A stretch of DNA of 64,000 nucleotides from Thermodesulfobacteriota bacterium (GCA_041753155.1 JBGSVA010000096.1:2036-66035), one strand, 5' to 3'; counted from the first letter of the stretch, positions 10,504-20,326 are shown. Notes: generated from the sequence alone by a model not told the origin. Numbers and translations are program-made.

Positions 10504-11583
10504 ATGGGTACAGCCTATTATCACCGTGGCGTATGGAATATCAAGTACGTAGGCCCCGACGGCAAGGATGTAACAGAGGCGTTAGGTCAGAAGTTTGCCG
10601 AGGAGCTTTTAAGACAACGAGAATCGGGAATATTTAGGGACTCAGCGCCCAAAACGCCTAAGTGCAGGGACTATGTAGAAACGTTTTTTAGTTATCTTAA
10701 GACCGTAAAGAAGAACCGTTCACTAAAAAGGTCTCGTCAGAGTCTTCATCATTTTCTTGAGATGTATGGGGACTTACAGCTTCATGAAATCACGCCTACA
10801 AAAATACATGACTTTATCAAAAAGCGGTCAAACGATGCCGGCAGGCATGGGGGAAAAGTTAAACATAATAGCATAGTCAAAGAGTTAATCACGATAAGAT
10901 ATATGTATCGTAGGGCTTTAAGCGAGGATTTTTTTAGAGACTGGAGAGATAAGAACGGGTATCCGTTTAGAAGCCCATTTATACATATTGAAATGAAACG
11001 TGAGAATGATTCACGGGAGAGGGTATTAACACGGGAAGAAGAGGCTCGTCTACTTTCATGCAGTCCACAGCCGTTAAATGACATAATTACAGTTTCATTA
11101 AATACAGGTATGAGACTGGGGGAAATCCTGTCTTTAGAATGGAAATTTGTTGATTTTGAGGTTAATGTTATCACCCTACCGCAAACGAATACGAAGAATG
11201 GAGAGGTAAGGCGAGTACCGTTAAACAACCTGATGCGCATTAAATTAAGGGAACGGTTTTTACAGGCCGGGCAGAACAGTTGGGTATTTCCTGCAGAGTC
11301 GAAATCAGGTCATGCAATTAATCCTCATAAAGTATGGTACCGGGCGTGTGAGCAAGCAGGCATTGAGGGACTAAGGTTTCATGACCTACGGCATACGGCA
11401 GCTACGAGACTTGTTGAGGCAGGGGTACCTTTAATAGCGGTTAAGGAATTACTAGGTCATTCTAGTATTGTTGTTACTGAGAGGTACACTCATCCGGATA
11501 AGTCTTTAGTTGAGGGTGTTGAAAAGCTATGTTCAATTGACAATCAATTGACATCCGACGGAAAAAACCCGGTCCCTAGGTAG
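10504..11583 (+). CDS. tyrosine site-specific integrase (element A)
   Basis: C-terminal catalytic region: [40 protein letters not shown]. Reads towards the tRNA copy 55 nt downstream. Confidence 0.9.
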   Translation: MGTAYYHRGVWNIKYVGPDGKDVTEALGQKFAEELLRQRESGIFRDSAPKTPKCRDYVETFFSYLKTVKKNRSLKRSRQSLHHFLEMYGDLQLHEITPTKIHDFIKKRSNDAGRHGGKVKHNSIVKELITIRYMYRRALSEDFFRDWRDKNGYPFRSPFIHIEMKRENDSRERVLTREEEARLLSCSPQPLNDIITVSLNTGMRLGEILSLEWKFVDFEVNVITLPQTNTKNGEVRRVPLNNLMRIKLRERFLQAGQNSWVFPAESKSGHAINPHKVWYRACEQAGIEGLRFHDLRHTAATRLVEAGVPLIAVKELLGHSSIVVTERYTHPDKSLVEGVEKLCSIDNQLTSDGKNPVPR

Positions 11584-11638
11584 ATTTAATGAAGTATTGG
11601 TCTCGTAACTACTTGAAATATTAGCATAATGTCCTAAT

Positions 11639-11680
11639 GCGCCCGTAGCTCAGTTGGATAGAGCAACGGACTTCTAATCC
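11639..11680 (+). repeat. copy of tRNA-Arg(TCT) nt 1-42 (acceptor 5' strand through the anticodon loop): att-type junction between elements A and B
   Basis: gcgcccgtagctcagttggatagagcaacggacttctaatcc is identical to 24748-24789. Identity stops after the anticodon loop. Confidence 0.85.
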
Positions 11681-11833
11681 TGATACCCATACTTTCACAA
11701 CCCTCCATGAATACACGGTTTGCCTGTAATTGCCCGTGTTTAGGCCTCATTCGCTTTTACACCCTGTTACATCCTGAACGCGGCGTATTGAAGCCTACCA
11801 GTCACAGCATGGTCACAAATCGGTTATTGCAAG

Positions 11834-12475
11834 GTGTTGTATGAAGGACTCGAATCTGATATATTGTTGTATATTTCTCCTATGCCTCATAAAAAGATGC
11901 AATCAAAAGACGAACCGGCAACCCTAACGCAACAGCAAATTGGGAATTATCTTAGAAGGTTATATCAGAAAAAAAGAGATGAATTACTATCCACGGTTTC
12001 TTTGACCGAACGTAACGCAATCACTTTAAGGTTGGGACTTGGTGACGGTAACGAACGAACCTATGAAGCGGTTGGCAAATCGCTCGGCTGCACGAAAGAG
12101 GGAGCCCGGAAAATAACTGTCCGAGGCTTAAACAAGCTGGAACCTGAAATAAGATATAGATTAAAAAAGAGCCCCCATAAAGAATACAATCGCGGAGTGT
12201 TGGCAAATAGATACTTCCTTCCCCGCACTGAGCAGAAAGGAATCATCAAAGAAAATTTCTTCACCAAGTTATCAAAACGAGAGCAGAGGGTACTCGCATT
12301 ACGATATGGCCTCAACGGCAAACAGAACTATACGTATAAACAAATTGGGGAGCTCGAAGGAATCACAACAGCCGGAGCCGAAAAACTTATAAAGCGGACT
12401 TTAAAAAAACTAAATATCGATCCCCCTGGAAAGGTAGGGAAAAAAGATTTGACATTTAAGTTACCTCTAGTATAA
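11834..12475 (+). CDS. protein with two tandem sigma-70 region-4-like HTH domains
   Basis: LTERNAITLRLGLGDGNERTYEAVGKSLGCTKEGARKITVRGLNKL and SKREQRVLALRYGLNGKQNYTYKQIGELEGITTAGAEKLIKRTLKKL. The true start may be the ATG at 11882. Confidence 0.6.
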   Translation: MLYEGLESDILLYISPMPHKKMQSKDEPATLTQQQIGNYLRRLYQKKRDELLSTVSLTERNAITLRLGLGDGNERTYEAVGKSLGCTKEGARKITVRGLNKLEPEIRYRLKKSPHKEYNRGVLANRYFLPRTEQKGIIKENFFTKLSKREQRVLALRYGLNGKQNYTYKQIGELEGITTAGAEKLIKRTLKKLNIDPPGKVGKKDLTFKLPLV

Positions 12476-12518
12476 TGTTAGCAACGGGCAGGTTGCGCCC
12501 AATGAAATGATAATTGAC

Positions 12519-12554
12519 AGCCGGACAGGGATTTCTCCTTGCCCGGCTTTTTTG
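12519..12554 (+). terminator. rho-independent terminator (first of a tandem pair)
   Basis: GC-rich hairpin (gccggacaggg...ccttgcccggc) followed by tttttt. Confidence 0.6.
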
Positions 12555-12567
12555 TATCGAAAATTCA

Positions 12568-12604
12568 AGCCGCTGGCCTTTTCGGAGGTCGAGCGGCTTT
12601 TTTG
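12568..12604 (+). terminator. rho-independent terminator (second of a tandem pair)
   Basis: agccgctggcc ttttcgga ggtcgagcggct followed by tttttt. Confidence 0.6.
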
Positions 12605-12619
12605 TTTCCCCGAATCGTC

Positions 12620-12826
12620 ATGGAAAAGTTCTATTCGATAAATCAGGCGGCGGCGCTAGTGGGCGTTACCCCGCGAACAATCAGACATTGGATAGCACTC
12701 GGTGAATTGAAGTACATACAGATCGGCAGGCGGATTTATTTGACAGAGCAGCACTTCAAAAATTTAGTTGGTGAAACGACGGAAGTAAATATAAATGGGA
12801 ATGATATTGAATTAGAAGAAAAATAA
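12620..12826 (+). CDS. excisionase-family HTH (HTH_17) protein
   Basis: MEKFYSINQAAALVGVTPRTIRHWIALGELKYIQIGRRIYLTEQHF. The track ORF 12539.. extends upstream through the terminators, so the ATG at 12620 is preferred. Confidence 0.7.
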   Translation: MEKFYSINQAAALVGVTPRTIRHWIALGELKYIQIGRRIYLTEQHFKNLVGETTEVNINGNDIELEEK

Positions 12827-12878
12827 ATAGCGGAGGGCCGGGAGCGTGAACTCTCGACCCCCGTAATGAGGTACTAAA

Positions 12879-14198
12879 GTGTTTGGCAACACTGTTGAAA
12901 AGAATAAAGCGGGAGAATCCCCGCGTCAAACCGAAGCCCTTGGCTTTCTTGCCTTTCTAAATCAGGAACGGGACGGCAGTTATGCCCCGGCCCGCATGGT
13001 ACGAGAGAACCCGGCAAGGCAAATTCACCGATACTTTACCTACAAAAGTCAATACACCGGCAAGAGCACAGTCACATCAGCTCGGCGTAATTACTCCCGG
13101 CGACAGATCGTAACCCTCAGAATATGGAAAGGCGGCTGCGGAAAAGATAATATCGCTTTTGTTATTGGCTTGGCCCTTGAGCTAGACGGCATTGAGGGTG
13201 AAGCCCCGAAGTCCTTGTATGACGTGTATCTTCATCTTGATGACCATAAACTCCCGCTGCCAACATACATCAATGAAACCTCACCCGGCCATTTTCATTT
13301 AATTTGGTTGTTCCAAAAACCCCTGCCCTGGACACCCAAGAACGCTAGATATTGGGAATCACAGGAACGTCGGCTAGTGGAGGTGTTCGCTCCCTTCGGG
13401 CCGGATATAAATGCCTGTCTCAACCCGGTGCAATTTTATCAAAACTGGACACAGCTCAATCCGTACAATCACAAGCGGAAGTGTGACATTAACATACACC
13501 GCACCGGGCATAAAACGAGCATGAGCGCAATTCAACATGCACTTGATCGTGCAGGCGTGCTGAATGAATGGATCCCCCGCATTCCCGCAGAAACGCTAAT
13601 TCGTCAAGACTTAAGACAGCGAAAATATATCACAGAGACCTACACCCAATGGGGTAAGCGTTTAGGGCTCTCGAAGCGCACTATGGACCGCGTTATACCG
13701 AAGCTAATCGAGAACGGCGACCTTATCAAAGAGCAGACTAGGGGAAACAATAAGCCCGTTAAACGAACCTATTTTTATAAATCCATGCTCTACATTGAAC
13801 CCCGCACGGAATTTAACAACACTGAAAAAGTGTCACACGAAGTTACACCTATTCTCACCCCAAAAGTGCCAACTTCCTTTAAAGAACTACGTTATGCTAA
13901 GGAAACGGCCTCGGCTGCGCTTGCCAAGGCGTTCCGCAAACATGGGGCCAGAGAAAACTACCGAAATAAAACCGCTTACGCTGTAGGAAGATATGAAAAG
14001 TGGAAAAGTGGCGGAAAAATTTGCGCCGGGGAGCTGAAAAAACGCCTTATGAATGGCTTAATGCGCTCAGAAAACTATGGCGCTTCTGGGAATTTTACCG
14101 TCGCCGAGCTCGACCGCACAGTCCAGAACGTCCTGAAAAGTAAGTATATACAACCACTTAGCCGAAAGACCCTTGCCGAATGGGGTTTGTCATGCTGA
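12879..14198 (+). CDS. putative replication initiator of the AEP / plasmid 'Replicase' type with C-terminal wHTH
   Basis: VIGLALELDG ... LPLPTYINETSPGHFHLIWLFQKPLPW...ARYWESQERRLVEVFAPFGPDINACLNPVQ resembles the DxD / sGxH / NP pattern of AEP replicases. LGLSKRTMDRVIPKLIENGDLIKE is the HTH. Confidence 0.5.
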   Translation: MFGNTVEKNKAGESPRQTEALGFLAFLNQERDGSYAPARMVRENPARQIHRYFTYKSQYTGKSTVTSARRNYSRRQIVTLRIWKGGCGKDNIAFVIGLALELDGIEGEAPKSLYDVYLHLDDHKLPLPTYINETSPGHFHLIWLFQKPLPWTPKNARYWESQERRLVEVFAPFGPDINACLNPVQFYQNWTQLNPYNHKRKCDINIHRTGHKTSMSAIQHALDRAGVLNEWIPRIPAETLIRQDLRQRKYITETYTQWGKRLGLSKRTMDRVIPKLIENGDLIKEQTRGNNKPVKRTYFYKSMLYIEPRTEFNNTEKVSHEVTPILTPKVPTSFKELRYAKETASAALAKAFRKHGARENYRNKTAYAVGRYEKWKSGGKICAGELKKRLMNGLMRSENYGASGNFTVAELDRTVQNVLKSKYIQPLSRKTLAEWGLSC

Positions 14199-14707
14199 AA
14201 GCCCATGCCCTAGCCGCAAAGACCCCCTTCCGTACCCGCCTGGCTTCCGGCCTTCGCTTTGAAAGTGAAGTCGAGGCCCGCTTTAGCGAGCTCAGGTACA
14301 AGCTTCACAGGTGCGGAGGTGAGACATATCCCCGGAGGGTGAAAGACCAGCTCATCAAACTCGACGACTTCACGAGTTTATTTTTAAGATTCCAGCCGGA
14401 CTTCTATTGTGTGACAGCTCACAGTTCATTTTTTATCGAATGCAAGGGCCGCCGACAGGACTCAAGGTTTTACGCTTTCAATGTAGACGAGCTAGAGTTG
14501 CAAATGCAACTGACCCGGTTAGGGATTCGGATATTAGTCGTCTTTGAATCCGGCTCGGGCTTTAAAGCTCAGTGGCTTGATAAGCTGAGAATATTTAAAA
14601 CGTGCGACGGCTCGCCTTCCGGTAGCGGCGGACGGTTCGCGCTGATCTCCGAGAGGGATTTGCCGAACCTGGATTCGATTTTGTTTAGGAGAGTGCCGAA
14701 TGGCTGA
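14192..14707 (+). CDS. PD-(D/E)xK, VRR-NUC-like nuclease
   Basis: QPDFYCV...FFIECKGRRQD...ELELQMQLTRLGIRILVVF fits PD...ExK...Q...G. Overlaps both neighbouring genes. Confidence 0.45.
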   Translation: MLKAHALAAKTPFRTRLASGLRFESEVEARFSELRYKLHRCGGETYPRRVKDQLIKLDDFTSLFLRFQPDFYCVTAHSSFFIECKGRRQDSRFYAFNVDELELQMQLTRLGIRILVVFESGSGFKAQWLDKLRIFKTCDGSPSGSGGRFALISERDLPNLDSILFRRVPNG

Positions 14708-17700
14708 CATAAAAACGCTCACAACGAAAATCGTTGCCGACGTTTCGGGTTTAAAACAAATCGCCGCCGAATCGAAAAAGACCGCAAGCGAGATCGAGCG
14801 GTCGGGCAAGGGCGGCGTCAGCACATTCGGCATGATGAACAAAACGCTGGAGCAATCCGCAACAAAGCTCGGAATCCTGGGCGGATTAGTAGGTGGGCTC
14901 ACTGCATCGTTTTTAGGCTTCGCTCAGGGCGCACTGCGCGCTTTAGCATCGTTACCCGTGCAACTATTTAATTTACTCGTGGACTCTGGGCGGGAAGCTG
15001 AAACACAAATTCTGAGACTATCTACAATCCTTCAAATTCCGCAGGATAAAGCGGAAGAAGCGTTCGAGGCGATAAGAACGTTCGCACGGGATTTACCGCC
15101 GACAACCGACCAGGTGGTTGACGCCTTTCTCGCCTTAGAAAGCGTCTCGCTCGCCGGAACGGAAGAAAATTTGAAGCGCGTCATTTCCGCTAGTCTCGCA
15201 CTCAAGAGGCCGCTTGAAGATATTACAGCCGTTGTGCGCTCGATCGAGACTGAACCGCTCAGAAATCTTGGCATTCAGTTATCGCGGAATAAAGACATAG
15301 CCGATCTCACGTTCCGTGGTATACGCTTGCAGGTTGCTAACACGGACAAGGGAATCCGCGAGGGCCTATTGGAATTATTCAAAGTCGCATTTCCCGACGC
15401 GATTAAAAATTCTGAAGATATTTTCGATACGGCGTTGAGCGGCCTTAGAAGTTTAATTCAGGACATAGTAGTCGGTCCTGGGAGCCGATTAACCGCACAG
15501 CTTACCGAGGTTGTAAAAGAGACTAAGAAATGGGTCGAGGCGAACCAAGACTTGATAGAACAAAAGCTATCGCAATTTGTAGACGACTTTGCTAAGGCTA
15601 TTCCGAAGGCGATAGAGACATTAAAAGAGTTTGTGCAATTCTTAAAAGAGCTGAATGAAGCGGGACACCAGGCGGCGGGCGTGTTGGATTCAATCAGTGC
15701 GAAGTTTCAGAGCTTCGGAGAGACCTTCGGCAACACCTTAGAGGCGATTAATAAAAGCCCCGCGCTGGATACGGTATTCGGGACCCTGGAATCGTCGCTC
15801 GGCGCCCTTTTCGGGCCGACTGGCATTCTGAGAAAATTACAGGAGATATCAAAGCAATCGGGCTTCGCCGCTTTCTTATCCGAAGATGCCAATACATTCA
15901 GGGATTTTGCGGATTCCATGAAAGACGTTGAAAAGAACGCACAGGGCGCGGACAATGCGGTTGCTGCAGCGGCAGGCACGATTGACGCCTTCGCCGGAGG
16001 GAGCGGTCCGTTACCCTCCCTGGTAGAGCAAGCGGGGCGGGGAGCGGATAAAGCCAAGTCCCTCACAAATGAAATTCTCAATTTGCAGTTAGGTATAGAG
16101 AAAATCGGGAAGACGCCCGCGCAGATTATAGAACTTGAGGGAGCGTTCAAAGGTGTAGAGGCGCAGAGTAAAGCACTCGGCGATGAATGGACGCGGCTTT
16201 CTCTCATAAAAATTGGCGAAGAGGTTTTACAGTCGCTTAAAGATACGATAAAAGGGCTTCGGCTAGAGCAGGCGGAGATCATCGCAACCAAAGACGAGCT
16301 GATTGACCTCAAGGTTCGTTTAAAAGAAGTCGAGCTCGCACAGCGCGGCGTTGCGAGCGGTACGGCGGAGGCGACGGGGCAACTGACCGCATATAGGCGA
16401 GAGCTTGAGAAACTCGATTTTGTTAAAGAGATAGACGAAAAGCTAAGAAGCGGCGATCTTAATTTATTCGATCCGTTCACCAAAAGCTTTTTAAGATTCC
16501 AAGATCAGATACAGGACTTCGGAGATAAGGCGAAAGAGACTTTTGACTCACTTGACGACTTTATCGGAAACGTGGCCTCGAATATTGCTACTACATTCAG
16601 CGATCTAATTTACGGCACATTGACGGGCCAGTTTGATGATCTCAAGGACATATTCAAGAATGCGCTGCGCTCAATGCTCAGGACCTTCACGGACTTTATA
16701 GGCGCGGTTCTCGCAAACCCGATCAGGATTGCACTTGACGCGACGCTCGGCGGAAGCGGAGGGGGCGGAGCTGTCAACCTTGCGAATATCGGCAGTTCTA
16801 TAACTGGATTTTTCAGCGGTATAGGTGAGTCTTTCCGTTCTCTCGGGAGTCTCGTACTCGGAGAGTTTGCAGGCTTCGCCGGATTCGCGGGGACTCTCTC
16901 GGCGGCCCTGCCCGCAATCGGAACGATTCTTGCCGCCGCCGCTATCGCAATACCGTTGATAATCGACGCCTTTAAGAAAACGCCGCGGCTGGACATAGAT
17001 TTCGATTCGGTCAAAGAAGAAATAGGAAGGCGCGCCGCGTTCGTTTCCGAGTTCCTAAATGACGACTTCTTTGTAAACGAGATAGCTCAAATTTCAGTAA
17101 AGAGAAAAGCCGGGCTCGGGGTAGGCGGTGACGAGGCGATTAAAAACCTGATACAAGACCAGATCGAGGCGACCGTAGAAAGCGTCCAGGCGATACTAAA
17201 CAAACTTCCGAGCGAGCTCGCAGCGCGGCTTACCCAGGAGTTATTGAATACTCAGGTGGATATTGAAAGCGTAATCGGCGGGGAAAGGCTTTTAGAATTT
17301 GACGCGAAAGGAAAGGAAATTAAAAAGAAGTTTGAAGCGTTCATTAACGGTGAACTCCAGGCGAAATTCTTATTTGCAATACGGGACTTCTTTACCGGAG
17401 CCTTTGAAGCCCTGGGGGTACTTCCCGAAAACGCCCAGGCGTTTATAGATGCTGAGTTTGAGAGATTCAAAACAGCGGGCAGCCGGGAGGCACGGGCGGA
17501 GATAGGAAAGGAACTGTTAGAGGCGTTCGACACCTTCACAAATGCCTTCAATATCGTCTCGGGCAATGGCGTTGATTCGATTAACGCTGCGGTAAATTCC
17601 GTTCAGAACTTAGCGAGTACGCTCGGCTTCGACGCCGTTCCGTCATTAGAAGAACTCCGGGCGGAATTGGGACAGTTAATTGAGAGTGCGGAGATAGACC

Positions 17701-19196
17701 CGGAAACCGTACAGAGCTTTATTGATCTAAGGGCGGCGATAATACAACTCAGGACGGCGATACTAGATTCAATATCTTCCATAATCGGAAATATTCAATC
17801 CCTGAACTCGACCATTGCATCCTTCGGCGGAAGCGTGGTGGATCTGAGTGGATTCTTAAACCAGGCGGTAGGTGATATTCAAAACATACTCTCCCAGGGC
17901 GGCTTATCGATTGACGAGCAGGAATTTCTACTCGGCGAGCTCTCGGGCTTCGCTAACCAGCTATTAGCGGAAGAAAGGGCGGCCTTTGAATCTGCACAGG
18001 CGGCACAACAGGCGGCGAATGAAGCGCAACGCGCCGGAATACAGTCTCGCATTGATGCTTTAGGCAAAGAGAAAGAGAAAATAAACGAGACTTTCCGCGT
18101 CCGCATTGACGCTTTAAATGCAGAATTACAGCTCGCCCAGGACTTCCAAAGGCTTACCGAGTCGATAAAGAGTACATTGGATTCGATTATATTCAGCCCT
18201 GAATCAGTGTTGACCGGGGTTGAGCAGACAAATGCACTGCAGGGCCGAATCAACACTCTGCAGGGGCAACTTAGCACAACCAGCGACCCGCAGCTGCAAT
18301 TACAAATAGGTGAAGAACTCCGGGACACATTTGAGCGGTTATTCAGTTCAGCGGGGGACGCTTTCGGCGTGAACTCGCCCGAATTCGTTTCGATCTTCAA
18401 CCAGGTGACCGGAGGCTTGGAAAGTCTCGCCGACTTGACGGCTACACAAGGCCGGAGCGTAGAGGAAATCAGTGCCGAGATAGAAAGGCTTACAGCATTG
18501 AACGGTGAACGGTTAGACGCGATAGACGCTAAAATCGAGACTGCTCAGGATAGACTGGCCTCTATTGGACAGGCGACCGCAAACAACACCTTCCGGGCCT
18601 CCCAGGAGCTTCAATCCCTGTTTGAGTTTATTCGCTCCGAGTACATAAGGATTTTAGAAGAAAGGTTCGATCAGCTTTCCGAGATTAGCGACAGCGGCTT
18701 CCAGAATGAGATCGAGGCAGTGAGCGCCCTTATCGATGTATCGAAGGACCAGCTTTCTCAGATAGGCGAGCAGACAACCGTATTGCGGTCGATAGAATCC
18801 CTGCTCGGCAACCTTCAGGGCTTTCAGCATGGCACGGGCGGAGTAAAGGACTTCGGGCAGGGGACGCTTGCCTTACTTCACGGGCGCGAGAGTGTTCTAA
18901 CCGAGCGGCAGTTAAGCTCACTCGCACAATTTCCGATCTCACGACGTCGTGAAGATTTTTTACCAGGCTTTATGAATCGAGGCAGCGATTCTCACCTTGT
19001 GCATGATTTATCTGTCGATGTAAGCGGACAGATAAATATTAGCGGCAATATGAGTGATGAGAGTTTAACGAAATTTGCGGACAAGCTCGGCAAGAGCATT
19101 AGTAGGAATGTGAAGGATGAAGTCACGAAAGAAATAGAAACAGGCGGGCGGCTGCGAGTTGCGGTTCAGAACGCCGGGAAAAAAAGTTTAAATTAA
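14700..19196 (+). CDS. 1498-aa tape-measure-like protein: coiled-coil rich, central Gly-rich hydrophobic segments
   Basis: The N-terminal region resembles the TP901-type tape-measure domain (RTFARDLPPTTDQVVDAFLALESVSLAGTEENLKRVISASLAL). The central part reads GGSGGGGAVNLANIGSSITGFFSG...GFAGFAGTLSAALPAIGTILAAAAIAIPLIIDAF. The C-terminal part reads GFQHGTGGVKDFGQGTLALLHGRESVLTERQ. Confidence 0.6.
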   Translation: MADIKTLTTKIVADVSGLKQIAAESKKTASEIERSGKGGVSTFGMMNKTLEQSATKLGILGGLVGGLTASFLGFAQGALRALASLPVQLFNLLVDSGREAETQILRLSTILQIPQDKAEEAFEAIRTFARDLPPTTDQVVDAFLALESVSLAGTEENLKRVISASLALKRPLEDITAVVRSIETEPLRNLGIQLSRNKDIADLTFRGIRLQVANTDKGIREGLLELFKVAFPDAIKNSEDIFDTALSGLRSLIQDIVVGPGSRLTAQLTEVVKETKKWVEANQDLIEQKLSQFVDDFAKAIPKAIETLKEFVQFLKELNEAGHQAAGVLDSISAKFQSFGETFGNTLEAINKSPALDTVFGTLESSLGALFGPTGILRKLQEISKQSGFAAFLSEDANTFRDFADSMKDVEKNAQGADNAVAAAAGTIDAFAGGSGPLPSLVEQAGRGADKAKSLTNEILNLQLGIEKIGKTPAQIIELEGAFKGVEAQSKALGDEWTRLSLIKIGEEVLQSLKDTIKGLRLEQAEIIATKDELIDLKVRLKEVELAQRGVASGTAEATGQLTAYRRELEKLDFVKEIDEKLRSGDLNLFDPFTKSFLRFQDQIQDFGDKAKETFDSLDDFIGNVASNIATTFSDLIYGTLTGQFDDLKDIFKNALRSMLRTFTDFIGAVLANPIRIALDATLGGSGGGGAVNLANIGSSITGFFSGIGESFRSLGSLVLGEFAGFAGFAGTLSAALPAIGTILAAAAIAIPLIIDAFKKTPRLDIDFDSVKEEIGRRAAFVSEFLNDDFFVNEIAQISVKRKAGLGVGGDEAIKNLIQDQIEATVESVQAILNKLPSELAARLTQELLNTQVDIESVIGGERLLEFDAKGKEIKKKFEAFINGELQAKFLFAIRDFFTGAFEALGVLPENAQAFIDAEFERFKTAGSREARAEIGKELLEAFDTFTNAFNIVSGNGVDSINAAVNSVQNLASTLGFDAVPSLEELRAELGQLIESAEIDPETVQSFIDLRAAIIQLRTAILDSISSIIGNIQSLNSTIASFGGSVVDLSGFLNQAVGDIQNILSQGGLSIDEQEFLLGELSGFANQLLAEERAAFESAQAAQQAANEAQRAGIQSRIDALGKEKEKINETFRVRIDALNAELQLAQDFQRLTESIKSTLDSIIFSPESVLTGVEQTNALQGRINTLQGQLSTTSDPQLQLQIGEELRDTFERLFSSAGDAFGVNSPEFVSIFNQVTGGLESLADLTATQGRSVEEISAEIERLTALNGERLDAIDAKIETAQDRLASIGQATANNTFRASQELQSLFEFIRSEYIRILEERFDQLSEISDSGFQNEIEAVSALIDVSKDQLSQIGEQTTVLRSIESLLGNLQGFQHGTGGVKDFGQGTLALLHGRESVLTERQLSSLAQFPISRRREDFLPGFMNRGSDSHLVHDLSVDVSGQINISGNMSDESLTKFADKLGKSISRNVKDEVTKEIETGGRLRVAVQNAGKKSLN

Positions 19197-19213
19197 AAAT
19201 GTGGAGGTGTTAA

Positions 19214-19450
19214 ATGGCTAAGGAAATACCGAATATTTATAGGGCGATTAAGTGGTTGAGTATGTCTTATGAAGAAGCAAAAAAGCGGTATCGACTCCGG
19301 GAAGCGGCCGGGGAGATTACCGGCCCGCAGCGTCACCAGCTCGAACTTGAATTAGATTTTAATTTCAAGTCCGAAATCGATTCGATGATAGCAAGGGTCG
19401 ATAACGGCGAGCTCGACGGCACGGTCGAAGCGGAGGCGTCAAATGGATAA
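19214..19450 (+). CDS. hypothetical protein (78 aa)
   Basis: ORF with GGAGG RBS, tightly packed after the large gene. Confidence 0.5.
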   Translation: MAKEIPNIYRAIKWLSMSYEEAKKRYRLREAAGEITGPQRHQLELELDFNFKSEIDSMIARVDNGELDGTVEAEASNG

Positions 19451-20186
19451 TTACGAGCTTTACCATAAAGAAGCCTCCAATCTTACCGCCTGGAGAGTCG
19501 GGGAAGAAAAGAAAATAAGGTCGAATTCTAATCTGAGCAAGGAGGGGCAAACAAAAGACCTCCTTGCGCTTAGCGACACTTATGCGCAAAAAAAGAACGA
19601 CCTGAAGACCCGGTTTCAAAGCGATAGGACAAAGGAGCGTGAACGGTTAAATGGCAGGTTAAACGGGAAGCCGAAGGGTCACTCATTCAGGGACCGCGTA
19701 AGAGCGAAAGCCCAAAAAGACAGCTCCGACTATTCCTTGCTCACGACCGAGAATGAAAGTCACTTTGCCCTGCTCGAAGGCATTGAAGAAATGGCCGAAG
19801 CGATACGGGAAAACACCTTTGTCCGTTCTATAGGCTCATTCGATAGTGAGGGGCTTAATAAAAGATTGAGTGCGGCTTTCGAGAGCAACGATACGCAGCG
19901 GATTAAATGGCTTCGCAATCATGCGGATAGCAGGGGCGCGCAGGCGACAGTCGGCGCGATAGACGCCCATTTCGAGGCTAACAGGCCCCCGGTAGAAAGG
20001 CTCGCGAAAGAGCACATACGAAAGCTCGATTTATACAATGAGTTTTTCACTCAGGGACTTGATCTCGCCGAAAAGACAGGGCAAATGCCGGACTTCCGCG
20101 GCGGTGAGAGTGAGCAGAAAATAGACATTGAGATCGAACGGATTAAAAAAGAGATTCAGAATGATAATGAAAGCAAAACAGAGTAA
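19443..20186 (+). CDS. hypothetical protein (247 aa), charged/helical
   Basis: ORF overlapping the previous gene by 8 nt. No motif recognised. Confidence 0.55.
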   Translation: MDNYELYHKEASNLTAWRVGEEKKIRSNSNLSKEGQTKDLLALSDTYAQKKNDLKTRFQSDRTKERERLNGRLNGKPKGHSFRDRVRAKAQKDSSDYSLLTTENESHFALLEGIEEMAEAIRENTFVRSIGSFDSEGLNKRLSAAFESNDTQRIKWLRNHADSRGAQATVGAIDAHFEANRPPVERLAKEHIRKLDLYNEFFTQGLDLAEKTGQMPDFRGGESEQKIDIEIERIKKEIQNDNESKTE

Positions 20187-20326
20187 TGGTTGCTAGGTGG
20201 AACGGGCTCGCGTTGCAATTCTCTTTCATCTTCCTTTCGGCGCGGGCCTTGTTTCACTTTGAACTATAAATATTGCAATAACTGTGTGATATGACACAAT
20301 ATATAATATAGGGAGATTTATCAATT

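Larger units (their letters stand above)
5736..11680 (+). mobile_element. integrative element A (satellite-like: HTH x3, PrimPol-helicase, iterons, integrase); right end at the tRNA 5' copy, left end not identified (may lie left of the window and include the helicase gene)
   Basis: Gene content, AT-rich composition, and integrase adjacent to the tRNA-Arg 5' copy. No matching att copy was seen in 5300-5735. Confidence 0.5.

Noticed and set aside
15707-18400. Antisense ORFs of 258, 134, 104 and 173 aa inside the 1498-aa gene.
   Set aside because: They have Ser/Ala/Pro-rich shadow translations of a coiled-coil (Glu/Leu/Ala-rich) gene, with no start context.
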